Shown here one piece after another: positions 1-11,623 of a DNA stretch of 64,000 nucleotides. A program made the position numbers and the translations under genes. The notes beneath the pieces are model-generated. The model did not search any database. It had not been told where the DNA came from and saw only the letters and a list, made by a program, of their open reading frames with translations. The stretch is from positions 13,702,001 through 13,766,000 of the forward strand of contig CATNEN010000038.1 in NCBI GenBank assembly GCA_950097015.1, given 5' to 3'. The DNA is from Macrostomum hystrix. Taxonomy: Eukaryota > Animalia > Platyhelminthes. Position 1 is the stretch's first letter. The number at the start of each line of letters is the position of its first letter.

Positions 1-287
1 ATGGCTGCATGTTCTTCGCACAGCATTTTAGTTAAATTCCATAATACGAGCGGATTTTCTTATGTCAAAAGTCACGTTTTTTGCACAAAAATCTTTAAAA
101 TTGCAGTTACTCAGTACCTTATAAATATGTTAGCAAAGTATGTAATACTGTAATACTTCTGTATAATACTTCGAATTTTATATAAGTACACTCGGATGCA
201 TGTTCTGGGTTGTTCAAAATAAAAAACTTCTTTATATTAAAGTTTTTAGTTGCCTTGCTTTTGTACGATGCAGCTAAGCAGATCATA

Positions 288-605
288 AGATGCAGGTATG
301 CAGATGATGTGATGCAGGTATGCAGATGATGTGATGCAGGTATACAGAGTATGTGATGCAGGTATACAGTGGATATGATGCAGGTATACAGAGTATGTGA
401 TGCAGGTATACAGTGTATGTGATGCAGGTATGCAGATGATGTGATGCAGGTATGCAGTGAATATGATGCAGGTATACAGAGTATGTGATGCAGGTATACA
501 GAGTATGTGATGCAGGTATACAGTGTATGTGATGCAGGTATACAGAGTATGTGATGCAGGTATACAGAGTATGTGATGCAGGTATACAGTGTATGTGATG
601 CAGGT
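288..605. repeat. 22-bp minisatellite (tgatgcaggtatacagagtatg)
   Basis: Direct tandem repetition. It explains the repetitive ORFs 246..650 and 283..720. Confidence 0.9.
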
Positions 606-747
606 ACTGTACGAGGCCTTTGTAAGCACTACTGCTGTGCCATGGGTCATGGGTCAGTTTAGTCAATTCGAGCTGCTTCTGTCTCAACAGGTCTAGGTGT
701 AATTCTGTATTATTCATCATTATTCATTTGTTAACCAATTTCAGCAA

Positions 748-2084
748 ATGGCCGCGGCGGCGTCAAAGACGCAGCAACAGCCGCTTGACCAGCAGCAGCA
801 GCAGTGCAGCCAGTGCGGCAAGTCAGGCGACTGGCAGCGCTGCGGCCGTTGCCGGAACGCCCGTTACTGCGGCCGGGCCTGCCAGCGTCAGCACTGGCCC
901 CTGCACCGGCAGCTGTGCGATCAGCTGGCCGGCATGCTGATTTGGACCGAATTTATGCAGCGGCTGGGCAGCCAGCTGCAGATCAGCCGGTTGGACAGCA
1001 TGCCGTTGTCTCCAATGCGCCAGATCATGTCGGAGGAGCTGCTGGCCCCGTTCCTCAATCTCAACTGGCCCTGGCTGCTGTTCGGATTCTTTCAGCTGGT
1101 GCCTTCTGCTCAGCCGGAGACTGGCCATTGTGAGGCTGCCGAGTATTGGAAATCCCACACCCTACTTCCACAGATATTCCGTGTTTTGTTGAGTATTAGC
1201 AATGCATCTGAAGGCTGCGTACAGTTCAGTCCATGGACTGGGGGATGCCACACCCACCCTCAATTAGTCCAGCTATTGCTGGTACCCTAATTAACAGCTG
1301 GGCGAACTGAAGCAATGCAGAGTTTTGTGTCTTGCTAAAGGACACATATTGTTGCAGTGGAGTCGGGAATCGAACCCCTGACCTTCAAGTCGTGAGTGCG
1401 ACACTAACCACCACTTTTATTGTTGCTTGTCCGAAAATTCGATCGCATTCATTTAGCCCTTCTCCCAATAATTTTAATAGTTATTGCAGGGGGCTGCGGG
1501 CAACGGTGCATCATTTTGTGACGCTGGACCCAGAGCCAGCGGGGAGGCAATTCTGCCCATTTCGCACAGATACCGTACGCACACGCTCACACAGATGTGT
1601 ACATCTGCCCTGAATTTCTCATCGTCAGGCAGTGTACACTTCACTGTGCCTTGGAGGTTGGCCCTCGAGGACGTAAATTTCCCGACAAGCCCCCGAGCCT
1701 TCTCTCCGTGGCTGTGCATTAAATAAATGTGGCCTCGCCGCGAAATCGAGCTCAGGTACCTTTGTGCGAGAGGCAAACGCGTTAATCGCTCTGCCACTGA
1801 CCCCCGCCCTTCTGCCATCAGACCTGTTCTTCACTCCGCCGCTGGCCCTGCCCGGCATTCCGGTACTGCTCTGCTCGTCGCCTCAGTCCGTGCCCGAGCA
1901 CCTGAACACTGGGCGTCCTGGCATGGTCGAATCTCTGCTAGCCCTTGGCCGTAAACCGGTTCTAGCCAGTTTAGACCAGATAGTCGGCAAGCCGGCCGCT
2001 GTGCTTCGAGATTCGGCCACTCCGCTTGGCCTTGTGTTTCCGCGTAACAGCCCTCAGCCCGGCCTGGTCTATTTCTACATCTGA
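748..2084 (+). CDS. MYND-type zinc finger protein, 2 exons (748-1129, 1822-2084), ~214 aa
   Basis: CSQCGK..RCGRCRNARYCGRACQRQHWPLHRQLC fits the MYND consensus. The GTGAGG donor at 1130 and the pyrimidine-rich CAG acceptor at 1821 are phase compatible (T+AC=Tyr). Total 645 nt ending in TGA. Confidence 0.75.
1200..1412 (-). mobile_element. tRNA-derived SINE family A copy
   Basis: Reverse complement of the element at 46118-46420: B-box GGTTCGATTCC and central gtcctttagcaagacac...ttcagttcrcccagctg. Confidence 0.8.
1476..1804 (-). mobile_element. tRNA-derived SINE family B copy
   Basis: Homologous to 19772-20092 (+) and 62660-62908 (-). tRNA-like head (gtggcagagcg...tcgat) and AT-rich tail. Confidence 0.8.
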
Positions 2085-2507
2085 TCCTTTGTTGGACAGG
2101 CCTCATACCCACCTTCCTTTGTAAGCCAACGTTGGATACCGGACATTTTGCTAAAATTTTGCCAACACTTTGCTAACTACTTTTTAGTACTAAGGTACTT
2201 AGCCCACACGGAATTTCATTCCTATTTTGTTTATTTTGCCGCGTCACTTCCTGTGTGAAAAAAATTTATTTTATTTTGCCTCATTTTACTGACAAGCTTT
2301 TACGAGTATAACATCGATGCAAACATGAATAATCTAATTTTACTCATAGTTTCTGTTTTCTGTCGGACCATTTTAAGGTACCAATACAATAGTTCTGTGT
2401 TGTTATAAACATCAATTAATAGAATAATGAGTTGTTAAATATTTTTTATTACCTAATTCCATCTTTCTTTGAAATAGTCACTTATGGTCAGAAGCCCCTT
2501 CACTCGT

Positions 2508-3020
2508 GAATGTACGCACACTCTGGTCTAATCGACAACCCCCACCTCATTCCTTAATGTACGCACACTCTGGCCTACTCGATAACCCCCACCTCACTCC
2601 TTAATTTACGCACACTCTGGCCTAATTGATAGCCCCCACCTCACTCCTTAATGTACGCACACTCTGGTCTAATCGATAACCCCCACCTCATTCCTTAATG
2701 TACGCACACTCTGGCCTACTCGATAACCCCCACCTCACTCCTTAATTTACGCACACTCTGGCCTAATTGATAGCCCCCACCTCACTCCTTAATGTACGCA
2801 CACTCTGGTCTAATCGATAACCCCCACCTCATTCCTTAATGTACGCACACTCTGGCCTACTCGATAACCCCAACCTCACTCCTTAATTTACGCACACTCT
2901 GGCCTACTCGATAACCCCAACCTCACTCCTTAATGTACGCACACTCTGGCCTACTCGATAACCCCAACCTCACTCCTTATAATGTACGCACACTCTGGCC
3001 TACTCGATAATCTCCACCTC
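2508..3020. repeat. 47-bp minisatellite with a 3-unit higher-order pattern
   Basis: Unit aatgtacgcacactctggcctactcgataacccccacctcactcctt, ~11 copies. Variants ggtctaatcg/ggcctactcg/ggcctaattg cycle. Confidence 0.9.
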
Positions 3021-3619
3021 ACGCACCCTTTTAGCGCCAGCGGCTAAAAGCCGTTTATATTATTAATTGGTAATTCATGTGTGATTGCTTTTTTATAAAA
3101 TTCTACCCAGCTTCATAACTTTTACGTGTTATATATTTTTTTATTTTACTTCTACCATTTGCCTTACTTACATTTTCCAGATTTTGGAAGTAATATTTTA
3201 TCCGAGAATTACTAAGAGTAGTACGAGCGTATATGGGTGTCAATTTGTTTTACAATTTGCGCCATCATGACACGGATAATAATAAATGCCTAGCAAACAA
3301 ACTAAGAAATTGTTAAAATATTTGTGTTTCTATCTGCCTTGTTAACATTTTTTGTGGCATTAAAGCTCAGCTTTGCTACTTTTATATTCGCAGGTTAATT
3401 AGCTCCCACCTTTATTAACACAGGTGAGTACAGGTGCGGGTCAATGTCAAATCTTAGTGTCATCTTTAGAGATTTTTTGTCATCTTCCATTCATATTTCA
3501 TCTTCATCTACATTGGCTTAACTACCAATGCTTCCAGTATTCGCTTGCTTATCCTCGTATTTTTCGAAGGAAATTCGAGGGATTAAAATTTCAATTTTGA
3601 ACGTCTTAATCAACTCTTC

Positions 3620-4025
3620 ATCTGCCATCTGCCCCTCTTCTAACCACTTCCTTTTCACATTTTCTCACCTTTCATCTCCCATCTTCTCATCCCTTCTCCC
3701 CTCTTTTCATCCTTTCTCCCCTCTTCTAACCTCTTACTTTTCCCCTTTCTCACCCCTTTCATCTCCAATCTTCTCATCCCTTCTCCCCTCTCCTCATCCC
3801 TTCTCCCATCTTCTCACCCCTTCTTCCCTCTTCTTATCCTTTCTCCCCTCTTCTAACCCCTTTCATTTCACATTTTCTCACCCTTCATCTCCTATCTTCT
3901 CATCCTTTCCCCCTTTTCTCATCCCTTCTTCTCCCCTCTTCTCATTCCTTGTTCTTTTTTCTTCTCATCCCTTCTTCCATCTCTTCTTATCCCCCTTTCT
4001 CCCCACTTTTCATCCCTTCTCCCAA
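3620..4025. repeat. CT-rich low-complexity tract
   Basis: Polypyrimidine degenerate repeats. Confidence 0.8.
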
Positions 4026-4459
4026 GAGTCAGTGAAAAAGTTGTTTATTGTAAAGCTGCTTATTGTTCATCGGAGGTCGGATGACTTTGGCTGATGGCAG
4101 CACATGTTCGTCTCTTATTGGTCGATGGCCTCTGTGCTGGTTTCCTACCAGCCTGTGTCTTCCGCGCGCACAGGCCATCTCTGCAAAGTGCTGCTGTCTC
4201 AACTGCCCTAATCGCATTGTCTATAGAGGAAACGGATCAGCGAATTCAGCCATTCATTCATCACAGTTCTAAGAAACCTCCTAAAATTGAGTTTTGTACG
4301 GCACGACTCGCTGCCATTGTCAGCTGTGACTTTCATCCTCGGCATGAGCGCTGAAGGGTAAGTGCTCTGGCCTGACTGAAGGTCTCCTCTCATTTTACCC
4401 TTGCTCTTCTCGCTTCACTGTCTCTGTCATCAGAGAGCTGATCTCATACTCCACTCTCA

Positions 4460-4990
4460 AGCCCTCTTATCCTCTTCTCTCACCCTCTCTCATCCTTTCT
4501 GATACCCTCTCATCCTCTCTCATACCCTCTCGTCCTCTCTCAACCCCTCTCATTCTCTTCTCTCACCCTCTCATCCTTTCTCATACCCTCTCGTCCTCTC
4601 TCATACCCTCTCGTCCTCTCTCATACCCTCTCGTCCTCTCTCATACCCTCTCGTCCTCTCTCATACCCTCTCATACCCTCACATCCTCTCTCATTCTCTT
4701 CTCTCACCCTCTCATCCTTTCTCATACCCTCTCGTCCTCTCTCATACCCTCTCGTCCTCTCTCAACCCCTCTCATTCTCTTCTCTCACCCTCTCATCCTT
4801 TCTCATACCCTCTCGTCCTCTCTCATACCCTCTCGTCCTCTCTCATACCCTCTCATACCCTCACATCCTCTCTCATACCCTCTCATCCTCTCTCATTCTC
4901 TCCTCTCATGCCCTCTAATCATACCCTCTCATCATACCCTCTTATCCTCTCTTATCTCTCTCGTACCCTCTCATTGTCTTATCATACCCA
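4460..4990. repeat. ~21-bp CT-rich minisatellite (tcataccctctcgtcctctct)
   Basis: Direct tandem repetition. Confidence 0.85.
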
Positions 4991-5659
4991 TTCTCATCTC
5001 CAACAATTTGAATTGTCTAATATCTACAAAATGTCATTTCGATCTATCAGTCAATTTCACACCAGATTTTTCCTGGTTTCGACAAACACCAGAGTTTGTT
5101 CTAATTAGCTTTTTTGTTTGTCAATCGAATTTGAAATTCTCGGAATATGCTCGCTGTCAATCAAATTTTGAGTCTACTGTAGCTCACTGTGGAATGAACG
5201 GGATAAATCTCCCATTAACTTTATCCCATCAGATTGTGCGATGCATAGTCTGGCGACTGTCAGCTATTTGATTAGCTGGCTGGGCCATTGTTTGCAGTCA
5301 GTTGGGATCAAATGCATGGCCAAGCAATGTTGCACTATTAGCAACCGAGAGGCATTCAGCGTTCTCTGCTCTATCGCCAACTTAATTTTAACACTGCGGA
5401 TCTGAGTCCATCTGGGCCTTGTCACAATGGGACAACGGGACTTTCATAAAAAACTGGAGATTATCACGCAAATTGATTGATTCCCTTGCTTGCTGGGCGC
5501 TACTGGTCACGCTAATGTCACTAATGTGTTTGAGGGGCCTAGGTGCAACATCGATAAACCTTTCAGACCCTTATCTATGTGGTCCTCACTAGACACCACC
5601 TGTATCTATTTACATCTGCCGCCTCCCTTTATATCCTGTCTTCTTTCCATTTTCGCCTC

Positions 5660-5945
5660 TCCTCTCTCCCACCCTCTTTACTCTGTCTCCCACACTTTCT
5701 CATCTGTCTCCCACCCTTTCTCATCTGTCTCCCACACTTTCTCATCTGTCTCCCACCCTTTCTCATCTGTCTCCCACTCTCTCTCATCTGTCTCCCACCC
5801 TTTCTCATCTGTCTCCCACCCTTTCTCACCTGTCTTACACCCTTTCTCACCTGTCTCCCACCCTCTCTCATCTGTGTCCCACCCTCTCTCACCTGTCTCC
5901 CACCCTCTCACATCTCTCTCCCACCTTCTCACCTCCGTCTCCCAC
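5660..5945. repeat. 21-bp minisatellite (ctcatctgtctcccacccttt)
   Basis: Direct tandem repetition. Confidence 0.85.
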
Positions 5946-6077
5946 CTACTCCTTGTTGTGGATCTGAATTTTAAAGGGATGGTTTAAGTGCCGATTCGTT
6001 CTTTTTGGTATACTAAATAATGGATTAATTTTTTAAATATAAAAGGATGGAAAATAGTGGAATTTAACGAAAGATAT

Positions 6078-6870
6078 TGGAGAAGAGAGTAGGATGCAAT
6101 GGAAGGAGGATGGGAAGAGAGTGGGATGCAAGGGAAGGAGGATGGGAAGAGAGTAGGATGCAAGGGAAGGAGGATGGGAAGAGAGTGGGATGCAAGGGAA
6201 TGAGGAGGGGAAGAGAGTGGGATGCAATGGAAGGAGGATGGGAAGAGAGTGGGATGCAATGGAAGGAGGATAGGAAGAGAGTGGGATGCAAGGAAAGGAG
6301 GATGGGAAGAGAGTGGGATGCAAGGGAATGAGGAGGGGAAGAGAGTGGGATGCAATGGAAGGAGGATGGGAAGAGAGTGGGATGCAATGGAAGGAGGATG
6401 GGAAGAGAGGGATGCAATGGAAGGAGGATGGGAAGAGAGTGGGATGCAATGGAAGGAGGATGGGAAGAGAGTGGGATGCAATGGAAGGAGGATGGGAAGA
6501 GAGTGGGATGCAATGGAAGGAGGATGGGAAGAGAGTGGGATGCAATGGAAGGAGGATGGGAAGAGAGTGGGATGCAATGGAAGGAGGATGGGAAGAGAGT
6601 GGGATGCAATGGAAGGAGGATGGGAAGAGAGTGGGATGCAATGGAAGGAGGATGGGAAGAGAGTGGGATGCAAGGGAAGGAGGATGGGAAGAGAGTGGGA
6701 TGCAATGGAAGGAGGATGGGAAGAGATTGGGATTCAAGGGAAGGAGGAGGGGAAGAGAGTGAGATGTAAGTGAAGGTTGATGGGATGAGGGGGATGCAAC
6801 GGAAGGAGGAGATAAAAGTGAGATGTAAGTGAAGATTGATGGGATGAGAGTGAGATGGAAGGGAAGGATG
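6078..6870. repeat. 32-bp purine-rich minisatellite (gggaagagagtgggatgcaatggaaggaggat)
   Basis: Direct tandem repetition. It generates the spurious ORFs in all frames. Confidence 0.9.
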
Positions 6871-7016
6871 ATATTATGAGTGTGATATGAAATAACAAGT
6901 CGATTGGAAGTGAAAGCTGGCCTTTATATTCTCGAATTCGCGGCAGCTCTTCAGACAAGCTACACCAGCAGCATCAGCAGCAGCAGCACGGCCTTTCAGA
7001 GCCAGACGCCGCACCG

Positions 7017-10000
7017 ATGGCCGGGCCGCTGTCTCGCCTGGTGCAGACATGCCGCCCAAGGGGCCTTCGTCTATCATCAGCCAACACCTGCTGCCGGCAG
7101 ATGCTGCTGACCCTGGCCCTGATGATCTACTTGGGCTTTGGGGCGGCGATCTTCACTGCGCTGGAGAGACGCGACGAGCTGCAGCGGGAGCAGCAGATGT
7201 TGTACCTGCTCAAGAGAGTTGCCAGTGAGTGACGCTTCACGATTTAGGACTTCATTTTGGAACAGGCTTGAAGACAGCCAAACAGATGTGAAGACAGCCA
7301 GACAAGTGAGAAGACAGTCAGACAGTTGGAAGACTGTCAGACAGGTGAGAAGACAGTCAGACAGGTGAGAAGACAGTCAGACAGGTGAGAAAACAGTCAG
7401 ACAGGTGAGAAGACAGTCAGACAGGTGAGAAGACAGTCAGACAGGTGAGAAGACAGTCAGACAGGTGAGAAAACAGTCAGACAGGTGAGAAAACAGTCAG
7501 ACAGGTGAGAAGACAGTCAGACAGGTGAGAAGACAGTCAGACAGGTGAGAAAACAGTCAGACAGGTGAGAAGACAGTCAGACAGGTGAGAAGACAGTCAG
7601 ACAGGTGAGAAGACAGTCAGACAGGTGAGAAAACAGTCAGACAGGTGAGAAAACAGTCAGACAGGTGAGAAGACAGTCAGACAGGTGTGAAGACAGTCAG
7701 ACAGGTGTGAAGACAGTTAGTGGTCTCAAAATTGATTTACTCCCGATTCGCCGAAATTCCTGACTCGAATCCTGATTCGCCGAATCCTGATTCAATACTT
7801 CTTACTTTATCATAAATTAAAATTAAACCACATAACAATTGCCCTCTTTGAGTGTTGGTCAAACATTGGAACTCTATTTCTATTGTATTGAAATTAATTT
7901 TAAAAAACTAACTTAAATGAAATGCACTTTCTTCATTCATTAACTTGTAAACTTGCTTCTAAACTTTATTAACTTTCTGGAATGTAGATTGAGTGAGCAA
8001 AGAAGAACATCACAGGTACTTCGGAAAAAGCAAAACTTGCTGGACATCCTTGTAGAGCCGAAAGTAAAAGTGTAATGAGGTACGGTAGCTCAGCAAAAAA
8101 TGTTCTTAGCAATTTTTTCGGCAAAGAGGGAATTCGGCGAATCAGGAATCGGCGAATCGGGAATTTCGGCGAATCGGGATTCGGCGAATTGGAATTTCGG
8201 CAAATCGGGATTCGGCGAATCGGGAGTAAACCCTAAAAATTTGACAGAGCTATAAATTTAAGTAAAATTATCCCAAAAATGTATAATCGGCAAAGTCGCA
8301 AGTGACTTAAAATGAAATCAGGTTGAGCATTGTAACGACTGTAAAATATGTTTTGAAAAGCACACGACGAAAGCATCATATTGGCTATATGAATTGTGGT
8401 GATAACATTGCAAATGCCTATCACAAACCAGAATTTTCTGTATCACAAATGACATGCCTGGTCATGCAAGGCAAATAGTCTTTGCACACCAAATCTATTA
8501 TTTTAGTGGTAAAGCCTTTCGTTCCGGTTTTCTGCTTCACAAATTCTGCACTGCTTGCCAAGCAGAATAATTATTTTGTTTTCTTAGTCACTGTGCCCAC
8601 CTTTTTTTATGCTTCGTAACTTTTCCCAATCTGCTGTACTGTTATCCCTGGGCAAACAGATCCTAAAAAGACAGGCGACCGTTATTTCGGTGAAAATTTG
8701 CAAATTTACAGCAACTTCTGCAAGTTACTATTTATCGTAGAAAGAAAGCGTTATAATATTTGCTCGCATTATTCGCAAGGGGGACTTTAGACAGTGCCGT
8801 ATCATTTGGTGACAGCCGACCCTCAGCCAGCGAGGGGGCAATTCTGCCCATTCCACTGAGTCATGGATACGCATGGATACACATGTGTGTACATCTCCGA
8901 TTTTCTCATCGTTAATCACGAAGCTGCGTTTGCCAGTGTCAGTTTCCAAAGATCTGCTCATTTTAAACAGTGGAGCTGCAGTCTTGTTTTCTTATAGCTA
9001 AGTAAATAAACTCGACCTAAACTCGAAATAACTCGACCTATTCAAAATGCAGAACTGGACCTATTCAAAATGCAGAACTGGACCTATTCAAAATCCAGAA
9101 CTGGACCTATTCAAAATCCAGAACTGGACCTATTCAAAATGCAGAACTGGACCTATTCAAAATCCAGAACTGGACCTATTCAAAATCCAGAACTGGACCA
9201 ATTCAAAATGCAGAACTGGACCTATTCAAAATCCAGAACTGGACCTATTCAAAATCCAGAACTGGACCTGTTCAAAATGTCAGAACTCGACCTATTCAAA
9301 CGGCTATTTGTTTTAGCAACATATTTGCTTGCAAAAAGACCCGTCTTAAAACTTTCATCGCGAGGCGAGCTGACCTGCAGTGATCAGATTTCGAACGTCA
9401 CGGACCTGCTTGTCGAGCTGCTGTCGAGCCTGCCCAGCGGCACGTCAGTGTCCCGCAGCGGCGCCAGCCGCAATTTGACGCTGCAGCTGCCAACCAAGTG
9501 GGACTTTCAAAGCGCCTTATTCTTCAGCATGACTGTCGTCACCACCATCGGCTACGGCAACGTGGCGCCGTCCACCAGTGCTGGCCGCTGCTTCTGTTGC
9601 GCCTACGCCACGTTCGGCATCCCCCTGCTGGCACTGTTTCTGAGCGGAGTGGCGGCGCGTTTGAAGTGCCTCGAGACACGCACTTTGCGCTGGAAGTGCT
9701 GGAGCAACAGGCCGCGAATCAGCTCCGGCTTGGTCTGCCTGCTATTCATCACGGCTGGCTTGGTGCTGTACTTTGTGCTGCCATCGCTGCTGTTTACCTA
9801 CACGGAGGGTTGGCAGTTCGGATGGGGCTTGTACTACTGCTTCATCACCCTGTCAACCATCGGGTTCGGTGACTTTATCGCTGGTGAGGAATCTGATTAT
9901 CTGGCCTAGAGGTCGTGAGTTCGAATCTAGAATCTAGTGAAGATAGAACGGAGCCCGAGGTCAGTCCTCGAACCAAACCAACTGGAATCAGTAGCTGGTC

Positions 10001-11623
10001 GATCCAATCGACTAGAAACGCTGAGACATCTCAGCCCAGTCGAAAAATCTAAAGCTGATGTTGTACGTCTTATAACTTTCTGGCCTACAGGCATACCACC
10101 CAAGCATTCCAAAACGACAGCTATCACATGACCATCACATGACCATCACGCCTTGCTTTGAGCCTTGGATGATGAGAAGTAGACATGTATAGTCATTGTT
10201 GATCCGGGTCTCAGAACCCGAATATTTTTCCATGAGCCGTGTCGCTGGCTCGTGGGATGAACAGCCGGTAGGTTTTCGACCTGTGCCGAAAGTGCAGTGC
10301 GGCCTAGAGTAAATCCAAGACGCTCTCCGTGTATAACACACTAAAAGTGGGCAGACCTCGCGCTGGCAGACCGAGACCGGTTTCTGGCTTGTTTGCCTTC
10401 GTCAGTCAGCCATAGCCACACCACCACTCTTAGTGTGCACAGAAGTCTCTTTTAAGCTTAATTTGCCTTTTTTATGGCGATACTTTTTTAGTGTTATGTG
10501 AGAGTTTTGCAGCCAAGTCTTTGCTTTTCTACTGTTGCCAGTAGTCTGAATTGTATCTCTCATACCGTGGTCCAAAATATCGAGTGTTCCATCCCTTTGG
10601 AGGCGTGCGCTGAAAACTTTCAGCACTTTAAATAGAATGGTAGCTCGACTGACAGCGACTCTAAATCACGCCATGAGTATCTAGAAAACTGCTGAGAACC
10701 TCCTGGATACATTTTCCATATTTTCGATCATGAGTGTGTGGTAAGGACCGGCACTCGGGTTGCTTTCATCAACACTTGGAAATCCCGAACTTAGTGGGTC
10801 CAGAGGACATATTGCTGTCCACTTTCGAGTCGAAGCTGACGGCATGCGAGTCAGATCACTCTTGAATTCAAGGCACTCGGCAGCATCAAGTTAGTTGCAA
10901 ATGAAAATCCTTCTGGCAGAGTTCAGGCCGTAGTCCTTCAAGCTGGAATCAGCTGCCACGGATTGGGCAGATGTCTAAGTGAATAGAAGCCTGGATGAGC
11001 CTGGAAGGACTGGGGTGAGATGCCTCGGCGTTTCTAGTCGACTGGATCGACCAGCTACTGATTCCAGTTGGTTTGGTTCGAGGATCGACCTCGGGCTCCA
11101 TTCTACAGCCTAAGTTGACATTCCATTTCCTTAAGCGAGTCAATAAATCCATCTATTGTATACTTTATATTTTATTCGAATCTATGACCATGACGACATG
11201 ATGGAAACCCCAAAATATCTAGTTCTGTACGAACTCAGCTATCCGAGTCCTTAATGCCAAGAAGCAGTTTCTCTGAAATAGCGCGTCCAATTCACCGCCC
11301 TAAAAAACTCGCCAGGCCAAAAGCCGCCGCTCTTCCCGGGCTACAAGGTGCTGCTTAGCCTGTGGATCTACACCGGCCTGATCTTCGTCTCCGGCTGCAT
11401 CGCCGCCATCCAGTCGGTGATGGAGCGCGGCGCTGACGCATTCTCAGCGCCGAAGCCGGAGCCGGAGGCTGTCGCTGTGGAAGTCGGCTTGTCAACCAAC
11501 GGTGCAGACAACTCTGAAGTGACCAATTCTGACGTCACTGATAAGGTTCAAAGCGACGATGGCAACGCAGCAAAATTTGATGCGCCTGCTATGCAGTTGG
11601 TCTTGGAAGATATTAATTGTTGA
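7017..11623 (+). CDS. Two-pore-domain (K2P/KCNK/TWIK family) potassium channel, 3 coding exons (7017-7224, 9317-9883, 11316-11623), ~360 aa
   Basis: M1 helix YLGFGAAIFTALE; pore 1 WDFQSALFFSMTVVTTIGYGNVAP; pore 2 EGWQFGWGLYYCFITLSTIGFGDF; M4 YKVLLSLWIYTGLIFVS. GT-AG junctions are phase compatible (1083 nt). The start codon is less certain. Confidence 0.9.
7290..7718. repeat. 20-bp minisatellite (agacagtcagacaggtgaga)
   Basis: Tandem array in K2P intron 1. Confidence 0.9.
7734..8232. mobile_element. Mutator-like MITE
   Basis: Terminal inverted repeats (tttactcccgattcgccgaa / ttcggcgaatcgggagtaaa) with subterminal gattcgccgaa repeats. 9-bp flanks ctcaaaatt / ctaaaaatt (8/9 match) are consistent with a TSD. 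Confidence 0.7.
8760..8912 (-). mobile_element. SINE family B 3' fragment (diverged)
   Basis: gccagcgagggggcaattctgcccatt...gtgtacatct...tttctcatcg matches the family B 3' half. Confidence 0.65.
9030..9300. repeat. 23-bp minisatellite (gacctattcaaaatccagaactg)
   Basis: Tandem array ending ~15 nt before the K2P exon 2 acceptor. Confidence 0.9.
9946..11103. mobile_element. Non-autonomous DNA transposon with ~95-bp TIRs and TA target duplication, in K2P intron 2
   Basis: 9946-10040 (gaacggagcccgagg...ctagaaacgctgagacatctca) is the inverted counterpart of 11008-11103. TA flanks both ends. No intact transposase ORF. Confidence 0.75.

Noticed and set aside
1485-1560. HDV-ribozyme-like P3/L3 (GCC TCCCCGCT GGC) in the SINE B 3' end, minus strand
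   Set aside because: No convincing P2 partner or P1.1 GG placement. The downstream strand instead pairs locally as a stem-loop.
5984-6773. Long ORFs in several frames over repeats (also 18016-19094, 20488-21744, 23083-23634, 38145-38927)
   Set aside because: These are translations of stop-free minisatellites lying in introns or non-coding DNA, not proteins.
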